A stretch of DNA of 64,000 nucleotides. It comes from Piedraia hortae CBS 480.64. Lineage: Eukaryota. Below the pieces are notes generated by a model. It ran no database searches and was not told where the DNA came from. It saw only the letters and a program-made list of their open reading frames with translations. How positions within the stretch are numbered: position 1 is the stretch's first letter; each line of letters opens with the position of its first letter. Below are positions 1 to 14,568 of the stretch, one piece after another. The position numbers and the translations under genes were made by a program. The DNA lies in assembly GCA_010093745.1 (NCBI GenBank), contig MU005998.1:62001-126000 (forward strand), read 5' to 3'.

Positions 1-1989
1 TTGGCATAAATCTTCCCCATTGACACCACTGTGCATCGCACATAACGCCCAAACATATTTGTAAATTCACTTTTCCAAAATCGCATACTCTGCGATAGTG
101 ATACACAAATGGAAAGGATACCCTCCGCAGTCTAGGGAATCCTAACATTTGAGTGCCCTCTCTCAAGAAACTGAAGGAGATTCAAAACGCGATTCCAACG
201 CCGAAAGTACTCCGTTGGGAAACATTAATTCTCAACCCGCTAAAGCACACACTCTCAGAGTCCGAGGATGGCCTCCCCGCTACCAAAAGAAGTAAAGTTG
301 CCAACATCCTGCTGGCGTCGCGGCCGACTCCCCTGAGCTCCGCCAGGATGGTTCTAGCCATCTCTCTCTCCATTATATTTGACGTCCTCGCAAGAACAAC
401 TTGCCACCAGAGCCCGCTTGGTTTTACCAGGCCATGCGAACACCGCACACCAACCAATGGTGTGCAGCATGTGAGAAAGAACTTGACAAGCAATTTTACA
501 CCGGCACAATTGCCCGGCATCACCTTCCCCCTCAAGTGGGTCTTAAATAAAAATTTGACGAGGATGGCCAGAGGCGATCTTTAAGCTTCACGAGTGGCGA
601 TCTATTCTGCGACACCTGCCGCCCGCACTTTTCACTCCTGGTATGATCCAAATTGGGCGCCGTGAACGCGTGTCTCAATGCCACACAGCCCAGGGAATCG
701 ATTGTTCTACCAGGTCAACATCACGGTCATCATTCACATGAATGTCAATACTCCTGGCACCGTCATGCAGCACCCAGTGACCACAGCGGAGCCAATTACT
801 CTCGCAACATCTCCTCATGCTCTAAATCTTGGCACGGAAGTAAATGGCGATTGGAACTCCAGCTGCTACGGCCTGTGGAATAATTCAAGGTTGGGGTAAA
901 GTTACTGCTGTCTGGCTCGACGACATCTTGGGGTTGGAGTGTGAAGGTGCCCGGGGCTTTGCACTCTTCTATGGGCGCAAGCAGTGCAACGACAATGGAG
1001 TGTAAGGAGTTGATGGTGCGATCCATCGAAGTTGAAATGTTGGGAACACACCTTCAGTGCCCCCACCACTGCAGGCGGCTCTCCAGACCTTGGAGGGCGA
1101 AACGTGGTATTCATTAGACAATACCACATCAGACTGCACGCCTCCAAACTGGAACGTTGACCTGCATCACGGACAAATCGTGCTGAGGTGACGATACTAC
1201 GGGCAGGATGGGGCGGCCGTTTCCACCCAGATTTCGAGAACTTCCTGACAAAAACTCATCCTGCCACCGCGGAACGACTGTCTGTTATGCATGCCAACGT
1301 CGACTTTTGGAACGATGGATCTAGTTTGGTTATAAGTTGTCGATGCAGCCCGGTGGAGCTGTGGGACACAAGCCCTGCCGGTGTTCCACCGATTTTCCTT
1401 TCACATGATTGCCACAGGATACAAGATGAAGGTCGTGGGAATGATCGATGCCTTTAGACGTGGCCTGGCGCGTCTTTTGACGTTCGCAGGCCCACGAGGA
1501 GAGGCCAGAATTCTTCGGAACCAGCGACGCAAGCTTTGCTAATGAAGCAACGGAGAAAGAGTATGGAGGTCCTAATCTTTTTGTTCACGTGCGGCCCAGT
1601 AGAGTGGAAGTCCGGCAAGACAGAACATCACTGCTAAATCCTCAGCGGGGAGCGGCCTCCTTGCTCTATCCCACGCCGGGAGTATTTTTCTCTAGTGGAT
1701 ACGTTTCCTCGCCGCGATCAAATTGAAGCTTGACCAAACTCCGTTGCTTTCATGTGACAATATGCAGACCCTCCGACTCATCATACATAACCAACGACTT
1801 TAAGCTCGACGCAAAGCTAAAGCACATTGACGTTCATAATCATGGGCTACGTCAAGAACATCTCCTAGGGATTCGTCCAATGGTCCTAGGATGGCCAGAA
1901 GGTCTCGTGGATGGATGTCACGTTGAATTGATCTCACATGCTCGGCTGCACGAACCGCCGGACAGACTTTTGGGAATGCTGAACTGGGC

Positions 1990-2600
1990 GAGGCCGAGCA
2001 GGACAGGCTAAGAGCTTCGTATGCCGACATGATGTTAAAATTGGGCCTGCCCTTTGCCATGACAGACAATAAGCTATGGCGCGAGTTCTTGCAGGAATTG
2101 AGCCCAGGCTTTAGAGTTCCCAACGCAAAGCAACTCTCGGGGCCATTGCTGCTATAATGCTACAGCAAGTCAAAGGATGAGGCTGAAAGTCAGTGGAAGG
2201 GTTCTGCTGGGGAAAAAGTGCGACTTACGTTGACCACGACTTCATGGAAGTTTGTCGGGGAGAGCACCTCTGTAATTATACCTTAGTCAAGCCAAGCAGG
2301 CGCGCATAGTTCCTTCGTGCCATCCCGTCCGGCGTGAATAAGCACACTTCCAGATATTTGTTCGAAGAGCAGGTGGAAATGATCAAGGAAGTCGGCCCAG
2401 AGAATGTGATTGGACACAGCGGCCAACATCAAGAAAGCTGTTCAATTGGTGGCACATCGGGACGGGATACATGCCATAGGCTGCAATTTTCACCAGTTCG
2501 ACCCGCTCATAAAAGACATCCTCAAACTGCCAGGATTCAGCGAAGGCGATTGAGCTCAGCAAATTCTTCCAGAGCCACAGTGTTGGAGAGGCGATCTGAT
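1990..2600 (+). mobile_element. Degenerate hAT-superfamily transposase relic (DUF659-like)
   Basis: Broken frames translate to LGLPFAMTDNKLWREFLQELSPGFRVPNAKQLSGPLL, MIKEVGPENV and IHAIGCNFHQFDPLIKDILKLP. These match the hAT motifs LPF..P....LS..LL, EEVG.ENV and CxxH..L..KDI. In-frame stops and frameshifts are present. Confidence 0.7.
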
Positions 2601-3667
2601 CTCCCGGCATATCTTGGCCTTTTAGTCATGGATACAAGCCATGCTCCCTACGGAAGGGGGTGGGCGCGTTGAGACAGATTCTTTGTGTCTCACCGCCGCT
2701 GGAGGTGCATTTGTTTATAGTCAGCTGCTGCGCAGCTCTTTCGGTTCACATAGCTTTTCATTTAGTTGATCTCTTCACACTTTTACACTGTTCCCTTGGC
2801 AGAGCTCAAGTAGGCACAAGTCCAGATGATTAGGTAGGCGGTGGCGCTGGGACAGCCGGTCAATCAATGGTCTGGAGGCTCTCGTCATGACGATCTGCCG
2901 ACATAGATGGTGATAGCATCATGGGATGGCTTAGGCTATATACCTACTCTACTCTTCGCTCGATATTGTTTGGATATAGGACTTCAGTTCTGTCGACTCC
3001 CCTCGTCCCAAAACACTGTACTGGGCCGTTTTCCGCACGAAACTCTAAAAGCGGGTGTGCGGGGTGAATCTTATGTCCGCTCGGTGTCATACCTTGGCCT
3101 GATAACAAAGACTATACAAAGAAAATTCTGTATACCACAATACTCAGAGAGCATGATAAAGAGGACAGTGGGGCAATGGAGTAATATTTGAAATTGTTTG
3201 AACAGAGAAGCTACTTGTATATAAGCTCGCTGCTGAACAGCAGAAAAGAAAATTTTGTAAGAATTCAATGTTCAGAACAATTACGCTACGCAACAACTAC
3301 ATTTCAACAGGAAATTTTCTACAACCAATCTGGATGTGAGGTAGTCTGTCCGAAGAGGCTGCTTGAGGGGCGTCGTAGCCCATGGTTTTGCAGTCAAATC
3401 TTGATGTCAGAGAGCAGTGCTGACGAAATGGAAATCTTCTTACGAGATGTGTGCTCAGAGATCGAAATACCCATTCGATCCCAATGCATGGGCAAAGCTT
3501 ATCGTAGCAGTAGTCCAGGTAGGTGAAGGACGGTCACGAATATTCATCTGACCTAAAATCACCCAAGTACGAATTGGAACACTTAAAAACGATAACACCA
3601 AGGAGGTCTATGGCTGCCTGATAACTCATACACGATCTAAACGACAATTGGAGCCGCTTCGTGCCCT

Positions 3668-4105
3668 TTAAGCACCTTCGTCATCGATAACAACAACCGG
3701 CGGCTGATGGCCCGCACACTGAAGAGCGTAAATGTGCTCGTGGTTAGCTACGGCCGTGCTGAGGTTGAAATAGATTCCGGCCAACTGGTTGATATATAAC
3801 TCGTCATCGTTATAGTTATCAACCTGTCCCCAGGTACCAACACGACCCAAAGTATCAGCCAGAGCTTCGTCCAGACTTGAGAAATGCTCGCCAGCGGGAT
3901 CCCAATAGCTCAGACACATCTCCCGATGCATCTTGAAGATTGTGGTACTATACCTGATGTGCTCAGGAATAGTCTTGTAACGGTCGGCGAGATTTTGGAG
4001 TCCGCGGCGGAGACGGATAATCCGTGCACGTAGATTGAGGCTGCGAACCGGGTTGGGGCGCTCGTGCACTTCCATGTCTTCCTGCTCGGAAAGGTTAGAG
4101 TCCAT
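3668..4105 (-). CDS. Hypothetical 145-aa orphan protein
   Basis: Uninterrupted ATG-to-TAA ORF with protein-like composition inside a decayed region. No recognisable domain. Confidence 0.4.
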   Translation of the reverse strand: MDSNLSEQEDMEVHERPNPVRSLNLRARIIRLRRGLQNLADRYKTIPEHIRYSTTIFKMHREMCLSYWDPAGEHFSSLDEALADTLGRVGTWGQVDNYNDDELYINQLAGIYFNLSTAVANHEHIYALQCAGHQPPVVVIDDEGA

Positions 4106-4786
4106 CTTTCGGGTTATGATGGTTGAGGGATCGGGTGTTGTTGTGGAAAGGAAGAAGAAAATGGGCTGAGTCCGGTGGCAACGGAGACAAAGTACGACAC
4201 GCTACCAAAGTGAAACATGCGTTGTACGTGCTTCGCCCATGCTTTCACGGGATGAGAGGGAGGTCTTGGTTGCCATTGAACTTGCCGGTCAGCGACAGCA
4301 TGTTGTGATTTTGTAGGTGAATAGACAACGAGTACAGCTTGACAGTCGCTATACCATTTGCAGCTACATACACGTACCCTCTGACAGTGTGAATACAGAC
4401 TACAGACGACAAGGCTAAACCTGTAGCATATTCATACAGATTCATCTTGAGACCTTTGTGTAGGACTTGTCGCGTTGCTCTGATCAGATTCGTGGTGTGA
4501 CAACCTTGACGATAAAGCACAGTGCTCCAACAAAAGTAGAATTTAGTCTGCATGACCCTTTGCTATCTTGTAGGATGATTACGTAGCTATTCATGGCACA
4601 AATATGGCGCGCTCTAATTGTGGAGCATCCGCCTGCAAAATCTCTGCTTCAGCTTTTATATGAGAGACCAATGATCCATGAGGCGCTGTCCCCCTGGCAT
4701 TTACTCCATGCATAGCGGAAAGATAAGCATGAGCACACACAATCCAATTATCCACTCTGTGAACTGTCCTAAATCAAGTCCCAGTA

Positions 4787-5014
4787 TGTTACGGTGCTCG
4801 GAGGAAAAGGTCCAACAAGTCCCAACAACAAGGACATTCCGAACTGCTATCTACTGGGAAGCTAGGATACTATAAACCAATCCAGAAACGCCGTCCATAC
4901 GCGCGTGGTAGCGAGCAAAGCTATGAATAACTAGCAGGGCGCGTCGGTGTATCAAATTTCCTGTGCGCTTAGGCAACGTGGGTCGTCCCGTGCACACACG
5001 GCCTCGCCGTAACA
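4787..5014. mobile_element. Solo LTR, family A copy 1 (228 bp)
   Basis: TGTTACGG...CCGTAACA perfect 8-bp terminal inverted repeat with TG..CA ends. Collinear with the same-length copy at 52430-52657. Confidence 0.85.
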
Positions 5015-6283
5015 CCAATGAACAATCTTGGTAACTGCTTGCTATATCTACATCTCCCTCATTACCGTTCTCAATTTGCAATTGAGCCGCAGTTGCATCT
5101 TGTACTCTATCTTCAATCTCCATATCATCTTTATCGCAGTTTAACTCATGTTGGGCAATGTTGGCGGTGTCCTCAATGGAGAGAGATCGTTGGGTGCGGT
5201 ACCGAGCTCCTCAGATTCATGTGGTGTATTCATTCGATATCAACCACGAAGGCCCCTCCACAGCTGCCAAGGCTTACTGTTGCGCGACACTATCTTGGGC
5301 CTTCTTGGCCAGTCTTGCCTTGTACCGCCTTGCCTCTTATCTGGTGTTTTCGGGCTCCTAGTCTTTTTTGAATTGCAGGTAAACATGAAGTGATGCAGCA
5401 GTAGCTTACAAAAGTTCTGGAGCGCCTTTCCGACAAGCAGCAATTGGCTAAGATGAGCTTGCTAACTCAGATACTCCACATATGAGATCTCTACTGACAG
5501 TATCAGGTCGGCCGGCAGATGATGACAGAGAATTTGTGTTGGGGCTGTGACCCCAAGGAGTGGAAAAGTGGTGCCACGATGGCAGTATGTACACTTTACT
5601 CATATCGCTTTAAAGTAGCCGTTCAGCTAATGAAGAGTAACAGCGAGCTGTCGACAAGTGGGACATTTTGAAGGAGTTGCCGGGCCAGGCTGTCCAAGAC
5701 GTCATCAGTTACATGCGCACGGAAAATCTCCGCAAGCTCAAAGAGCGGCTGGACAAGGTGAACTTGAATGGTGCACTATGGGGGATTGTTCAAGCTGTCG
5801 GCGGTCCTCCCTACCAGGGAAAAAACCCGGAGGATTCCACGGCGTTAAAACGCCATGCTGCTGCTCTTTGGGTATGTCGATGATTCTGACGCATGTTGAA
5901 TGAAATTCAACATGCTTGAACTGCAGCGCTACAAAGCTAACAATGCCAATCGGGGGGACCGCACCTTCTTTGCGGATGCCGACGTTGCGTTTGCAAACCT
6001 TTCCGAGGAAAAGAGGTACGTTCAATGTCTTGAAGGAAACATAGGATGACTCTGTCGTTTGAATAACTTATTGGCTCGACAGGCGTTCGCTTCTTGAAGA
6101 CGACTTGAAGGCGCATGGCTGGCTCGCTGGCGACGACAACGGTGGCGATGTCCTTGCGATGGCTCATACACCAGTTAGGAACTTGTACGCATCATACGCG
6201 GCGCTGGGGTGATGCAGATACCTGAGCATCATTGGTAGATAAATAGCTCTATAGTCCCAAAACCATCTTGGAGAGTGCATTGT

Positions 6284-6593
6284 AACCCCCGCCACAGGTT
6301 GCCAAAACACCGGAAGTGTCTAGCTCTAAATAGAATTACAAGTTGCGGCAAGGCTCCTAATGACTTGCTAGAACTTGCCGCCCGCTTCACTGCAAGTTAT
6401 AGCAAGTTGGGGCAAGACTAATAAGGACTTGCTGCGGCTTGCCTTCCATCTCGCTGCAAGCTGTGGTCAGTTGCAGCAAAGCTACTGGGAATTTGCTGCA
6501 AGTTACTCCCGTGTCTCACTGCAAGTGACCCCAACCTCTTGCTGTCAGTGGCAGCAACCGTGTAATCCAGACGCTGCAAGTTGAGATGGGGTT
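6284..6593. repeat. MITE-like element rich in GCAAG/CTTGC motifs
   Basis: 13 copies of GCAAG or its reverse complement in about 310 bp, bounded by AACCCC...GGGGTT inverted ends. Confidence 0.5.
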
Positions 6594-6609
6594 GGCTGTG
6601 TGGCTGACG

Positions 6610-7620
6610 CCAAAAGCGTCCTCTTCGCCGATGCCGTTTAATATGACATCTCTCTCATGCTGACCATGGATTATCTGGACCTCGTGTATTGAATGATCCT
6701 GAGCAGCGTGAATGCGTTGTCGAGGGTGGTTGACAGCTAACGATAGGAATTGATAGAGGTAAACTCCTTACAGAATTGAAATGAAGGTGTTTGATGGATA
6801 AGAGGGTGGAAGAGTTTTACTCCAATATTTCAGACGCCGGCCAAGAGTAGTTTTGTATCGTGTATACAATGGCTCAGTTTCATTGAACATATCTGCAAGG
6901 TAGCAACCTATACTGTGTTGTGAAATTCCCGGTCGATGTACGAAGGCTCTGCAGTGATGTCTGAGACTCATTTGTAAGAAGATATGATACCAATGACGGC
7001 TTGGGCAACTGTCTTTGTACGTGTCATACTTGGTCCTCATCAAAAACGACTTCTAGCGATCTAAGCGCTTTCCTCGTGCAGGGAATCCACATTCCTGGCA
7101 TGCTGAATTGCATGCGGATGATATCGATAGGTTTAATTTGATAGAACGGCTTTCCCTTACTGTTTTTGCGGCGGCCCACGTTCAGTGTGGGGACACTTGT
7201 CCGGTACTGCTTGGGTTTCTTCAAGGAGGGAATTTCGTCTTGCCCAGTAGCTGAGTCAACATGTTAGACAGTGAGGGGGTTGCTGTCATCATATTCTCAT
7301 TTGGATACTTCGGTGAGTGGAAAAAGGCAAAGAGCAATGCATCTTGCGGGGAATTGAATGGTTTGCCATGGTTGCGTCAACTCCGCCATCTTGGGTTTCT
7401 TAGGAGGGGTAAAAGATGGCGATCCGGTTTCGTAATCTAGCTCGGTCACGCCATCGTCTTCCAAATCGATATCACCCCAGACTGCTTCTAGCGGACGTGA
7501 AGCTCTGCAGGTTGGTAACTATTGGAAGGTGGAAAGAATTCTGCTCACATCTTTCCGATCTAAGTAAATGGCGGAATGGATAAAAGTGTGCGTGTTATTG
7601 TGACTATCCATGACTATGGA
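6610..7620 (-). mobile_element. Degenerate CACTA/EnSpm-like fungal transposase relic
   Basis: Fragments DEIPSLK..GKPFYQIKPIDIIRMQFSMP, PLYTRYKTTLGRRLKYWSK (cf. DDTSGN.SK.WNK) and GPDNPWS (cf. GDNPMQSE) occur in the expected order with many stops. Confidence 0.5.
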
Positions 7621-8098
7621 TGTAGTCGGAAGCGAGGGAAAGGGTTGTGTGCCAAGACTGCCCCGGACTCCGGCATGACCCGAACCACATTTGCCATGAT
7701 GACATCCTTCGGCGTAACAATTTCCCAAGGGAATTTTTAGAGAGATAAAAACCTTGGGAAGTCTGGTGCCCTATCTATGTCATGTTTCCATAGAGCGCCC
7801 ATCGAATACAATATTGTTGATTAATGTAGAATCGTCCTCGTCGCTGTGACTCGCAGGCACATTAGCGTCATGCATTACAATATCGACCTTCGTGATACCT
7901 TGTTCGGATGAAAACATCCGCTGCTCTCTGCGAGGGTGTAGTGTGTGATTCAAACATTGCTAGACGACCACATTGGGCTGCTAGGAAAGATCTTTCATGC
8001 TTATTGAAGCGAACCGTGTCTTTCTATTATGCACTTCAAAGTGATTATGTGTACTCTGTAAAGTTTTTCGTACTTCGGTGAGACCTTCATATAATCTT

Positions 8099-8353
8099 TG
8101 TCACAACGCGAGGCTAATGACGAAGAATCGGGTCCGAGGGATAGATGAGAAACAAGGGCAAGAGGCTCAAAGCAATAGTCGATGAGCGATGGATGAGGGG
8201 ACTGCGTAGACCCTATGAAGACAGAGAACAATGCATGAAGAAGAGAAGAGAAAAGTCAGTGCCGCCTGAGGGTGTGCCGAATTGTGGGGCCACTAGACTC
8301 GGGCCGCGGACACACCGGGCCTTTCCGCATGATGTAGGCCCTTAGTTCTGACA
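8099..8353. mobile_element. Solo LTR, family B copy 1 (255 bp)
   Basis: TGTCA...TGACA ends. Collinear similarity to 34923-35170. Confidence 0.8.
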
Positions 8354-9019
8354 AACTCCTTGTAGTTTTATGTAACTCGTGAAGAATTTTATGTGCTCCG
8401 TTTCAACTAACATGAAATTCTAGAAAGATCAATGTAATTAAAGTCTAAAAAACGTACTTTTACGCCGCCAACCAACTGACTACAATTTTCATACGATCCC
8501 ACAACCACATGGGAGTATCTGCGTCTTTGAGCAACTGCAACCCTCAATTCCATAGAAGACCATGTTAAAAACTACCGCAATGACAGGTGTACACCCCCCT
8601 CGACGAGAAAGCAAGCTTGTAGAATTTTCATCACATCACCTCAGCTCATCTAACTCCACCTCTGTAGCCAAAGAGCTCCGTCCACTTGCGTATTCTACAG
8701 TGTAGGCAGCGCTATGGCAAAGCTCTCTGAACCGACACTTTAGAAGGCTCGAAGCCACTTCACGGGAGAACTCGTCCTACGAAGGTTGAACAAACACAGA
8801 GCCATGAGTATACACGCCCTCAAGGGCCAGAGAAGACCTGAAGCAGCTGCACCATACCGATCCCAGCGGAGTTCAAACCTGGCACTCAGATGGTGTATCG
8901 TGGAGGAAGACCTGGCTGCACGCGAGATGGTTGAGACTTTCCAAAAGGTAAATCATTTTCCGAAGGGTTTGCAACTCCGTTCCAGCAGCCATCATACCCA
9001 ATTAAGCCCTACTAACGCA

Positions 9020-11296
<2,277 letters not shown>

Positions 11297-11649
11297 GATG
11301 AGGATGTAGTTTCAAATGCTCAGGAACACCCAAACTTTATAAAGGTCCGCCGTCTCCATGATTACCTATCAGCCCTAAGTGACAAAAAAGGAATGCATTA
11401 ATCGTAACGAAGGGGCTTGAGCCGGGTCCCTGTTCCCTCAGAGCCACCTTCATACTTTCTGACGATCCCGGTCCAAGTCATTCTACTTCTGGTCATTACC
11501 CATCGGGAAGTCCAATCCTTCTCTAAGCCATTTCACACAGATCCCTGGTGATGGCGGGGCTGGTGTGGGGTTGCGCTACGGTGAACCGAGGCAGTGCAGC
11601 TAATTAGCGAGAATTTAGACCGAGAGCGTCGAATTTCAGGTAGTGATTT

Positions 11650-12135
11650 GAGATGGGGCATGGGAAATGAGAAAAGTCGGAGGTTTGATAGGCGCACCGA
11701 GACGAGGTTTCACAGGAACGGCTCTGATAGTTAGGTAGTTACAGTACAAGGCTCGCAGTGATTGGCTTAGGGGGATGTGAACTGTCGCTTCTGGTCATTG
11801 TTTGGCTGCCACAACGGTTGCTGCATCCCACAGACGTTTAGGAGAAGTAGCTCTGTGGATGTCCACGCTGTTAGAGAATGAGATGAACAACCAGAGATGA
11901 CGTCGTCGATTACAACGGCATAAGCAGTAGTTAGATTAGATCAAGGACATAAGACTTGGTTGTTGGTGTGTCATCAACGTACTCGCTGACTTGCAATCTA
12001 GCCACTTTCTTTCCGCGAATTTCATCCTGTGCATAGCCGCTTATTTTTACAGAGGACCTTTCGTTCCGCACTTCAGCCAATCAGACGGGCCTTTCATCAT
12101 CGAGACTATACCTAAATCAGCTAGTGGGAAAGTAC
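11650..12135 (+). pseudogene. Possible highly decayed AMP-binding (4CL-like acyl-CoA ligase) pseudogene
   Basis: Scattered motif-like remnants in the correct order: DWLR(x)GDV at about 11760, LLHP.DV..DEQP at about 11820-11895, and FIIETIPKSASGK at about 12093-12131. Confidence 0.3.
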
Positions 12136-13904
12136 GAGTTCTATCTGATTGGTCGGAGTAAAAAACTAGACTCAATCAGGCACGCTAGGGATGAATATTT
12201 CGTCTCGAGAACGATAGTCCAGATCCAAGTTACATTTTTTCTAGAACAGAGTATATGTACTCTAAGCCGGATTGCAGTTTATGAGAAGGTACATGTTCAG
12301 ATTTCATCTAGCGAGAGAATCATGTTCAGTCGAGTGAGAAAGAACTCTTGGACCGACCAGATGACTATGGCTTTCATGTATGAGAATTTACACTTTGATA
12401 AAGAGACTTCATCTCAAGAAACCCATCTCCATTTGAGCAGTTCCGAAAAGATATATCCCCCCCCTCCCAATGATGATCAAGTAGCCATTCCAAAATTCCA
12501 TGCCGCGATACCCAATCATAAACGATGACTCTACCATCTACGACCGAAAGACAAAATGCATGTTACCAAACCGAACAAGTCAATCAGCCCTCCCATTCAA
12601 GCTTCGGAGAACGAACCACATCTCAATTATAACATACCACCAAGGACCCATCCAGCCATCACGAATCGCCAAAAGTATCAATAAACGCAATAGGTATCAA
12701 TAACAGCTCAAATAACATATATCTCCAGAAACCCATAGGATGACCAAACCGCCCGATCCATTCATCACACAACTCACCTGCGCAAAAGCAGCGGAAAGAT
12801 GAATTGGGATCATGAAAAAGCCTGGCCATGCACTCGGACGTCTGGGACTGCAGAACGTCAACCCTGATGAAGTCTGATCAGTACGTTTGGAAAGGCTAAG
12901 CCTGCCCGGAATTCCTGCAGTTAGTAGCTGTCGCACACGTCACCAATCGCATTGCAACAGCCAGCTTGGGGCATGAAGTCCCACTGAAGACGTTCCTTCT
13001 AGAGAGCATGGACGAAGAGAATAGATCTGTCAGTGCGGCCTTACGACGCGACAGGATCGTTCGGGGTTGCTTTTCTTGTCAAAGTTTCTTGAAATTCTTC
13101 GCGGATGCGGAGGACGGCCGCGTAGAGGTACGGTTCGGGCATTGAAACCACGCCAATTACAACGACGTCAATCTCACACTAGAATGCCTGCAGTTCATTG
13201 ACGAACGGTCATGGGCTACACTCCCAAAGAAATCCATCGTCAGATGATTCAGGTAGGAATCTTAAGATGCGAAGATGTAACTGCGCATCAAGTTTACTGC
13301 CAGTGGGCAAACATGAAAAGTGGAGCCTAGAAGCTCGACGAGACTAAGCACTTTCTAAACATTCGAGAAGAAAGGAATAGCATTTTCGGAGACATCAACG
13401 CTGGAAGTCTTGAGCACAGATGGGCGGAGCTTGCCAGATGCCCTTTCCAGGCGATCGAGAATGAACAAGGCGTCGAAGGTAAGCTTGAAAATCCGTGTGT
13501 TAAAGCTTGACTGACTCTGTGTCATAGAATGCTTCGTTGTGACAGCGAAGCAATGTCGCAACAAGTTCAACAACCAAAAAGAGAAAATAAAAAACAGGCG
13601 TACAAGGCCTATATCGATGTCCGCCGCGACGTGCCGGGGACGACAGGCAGGGGAACGGATAACCTGCCGTAATTCTCGTTTGTCCGAAAGTTCGACAGGC
13701 TGATGTCAGGAGACCCAACGATCGGCCCATCGGCTATTAAGCTCTTCCTACGTGAGAGCAACAATGTCCACCAGCGTGAGTGTTGGGGGCGGCGCATACA
13801 TCTCCAAGTCACTACAATCCTGGCCGTGTCAACAGGTTTTAACAGATGCCATCATTGCTGGGTATGTATGTAAAACGAGTCTCATCGAAATCTATGGATG
13901 CAGA

Positions 13905-14475
13905 TCAGCTCAGATCCATCTCATCCTCATCCGCCCCGGGTTCTGTCTCGGTCTCTTTCGCCCGACTTGCCTCCAAGTTCGCCTTTTCTCTCGCGCGTTG
14001 CCTCGCCTCGATGATGGCCTTTCTCACCGAATCGTGTCCCTCGTCCTCTGTCAAGGATTTTGGCACGCTATAGAGGATGAGTTGCTGGTTATGATTATCG
14101 TCCGGCTTATCCCTTAGTAAATGCTGCGGAATCTTCGCAACATTGGGCGGGAAGATGCCAATCTGATTCTCGGCTTGCTCCTGGGCTTCGATCTCGGCGA
14201 TTTCGTCTTGTAAGTTGTGAATGTAGACTCTATTCGGCGTCTCGTCGACTTCCATGTCGCTATCACCGTTAGGCGCGACTGTCTCCGTTTGCGGCACAAC
14301 CGACTTCCATTGCAGCGCATCATGATGATCTATGTACACAGCGTGAGCAGAGTCTAAAGTATATAGTTGTGGTAAAATATATACCCAAACTCAGCCGATG
14401 GAAGCGTTTCGCAAACCGACCATCTTCATCCGCCTCTGCGCGTCTTTTGCCCAAAACTGACGTCGACGTCTGCAT
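13905..14475 (-). CDS. Conserved fungal hypothetical protein, 1 intron
   Basis: ATG at 14475 (MQTSTSVLGKRRAE..RFAKRF), a GT-AG intron, then VYIHNLQDE..LILYSVPKSL..DSVRKAIIEARQRAREK. This motif set is typical of a Pezizomycotina conserved protein. Confidence 0.8.
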
Positions 14476-14568
14476 TGACACGTCAAAATTCACCAAGAAC
14501 CACAACAACTGGAAGAGAGAGGATAAGAGAGTGTGCGCTGGTTCTCGAATCTTCCAGAACAAAAGTGC

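Noticed and set aside
153..1500. Short overlapping ORFs, possible second transposase relic (GVRCSHGL)
   Set aside because: The motif match is too weak to assign; probably decayed TE DNA.
12650..13000. Possible membrane-protein pseudogene on the minus strand with splice-like signals
   Set aside because: No recognisable family motif, and multiple stops.
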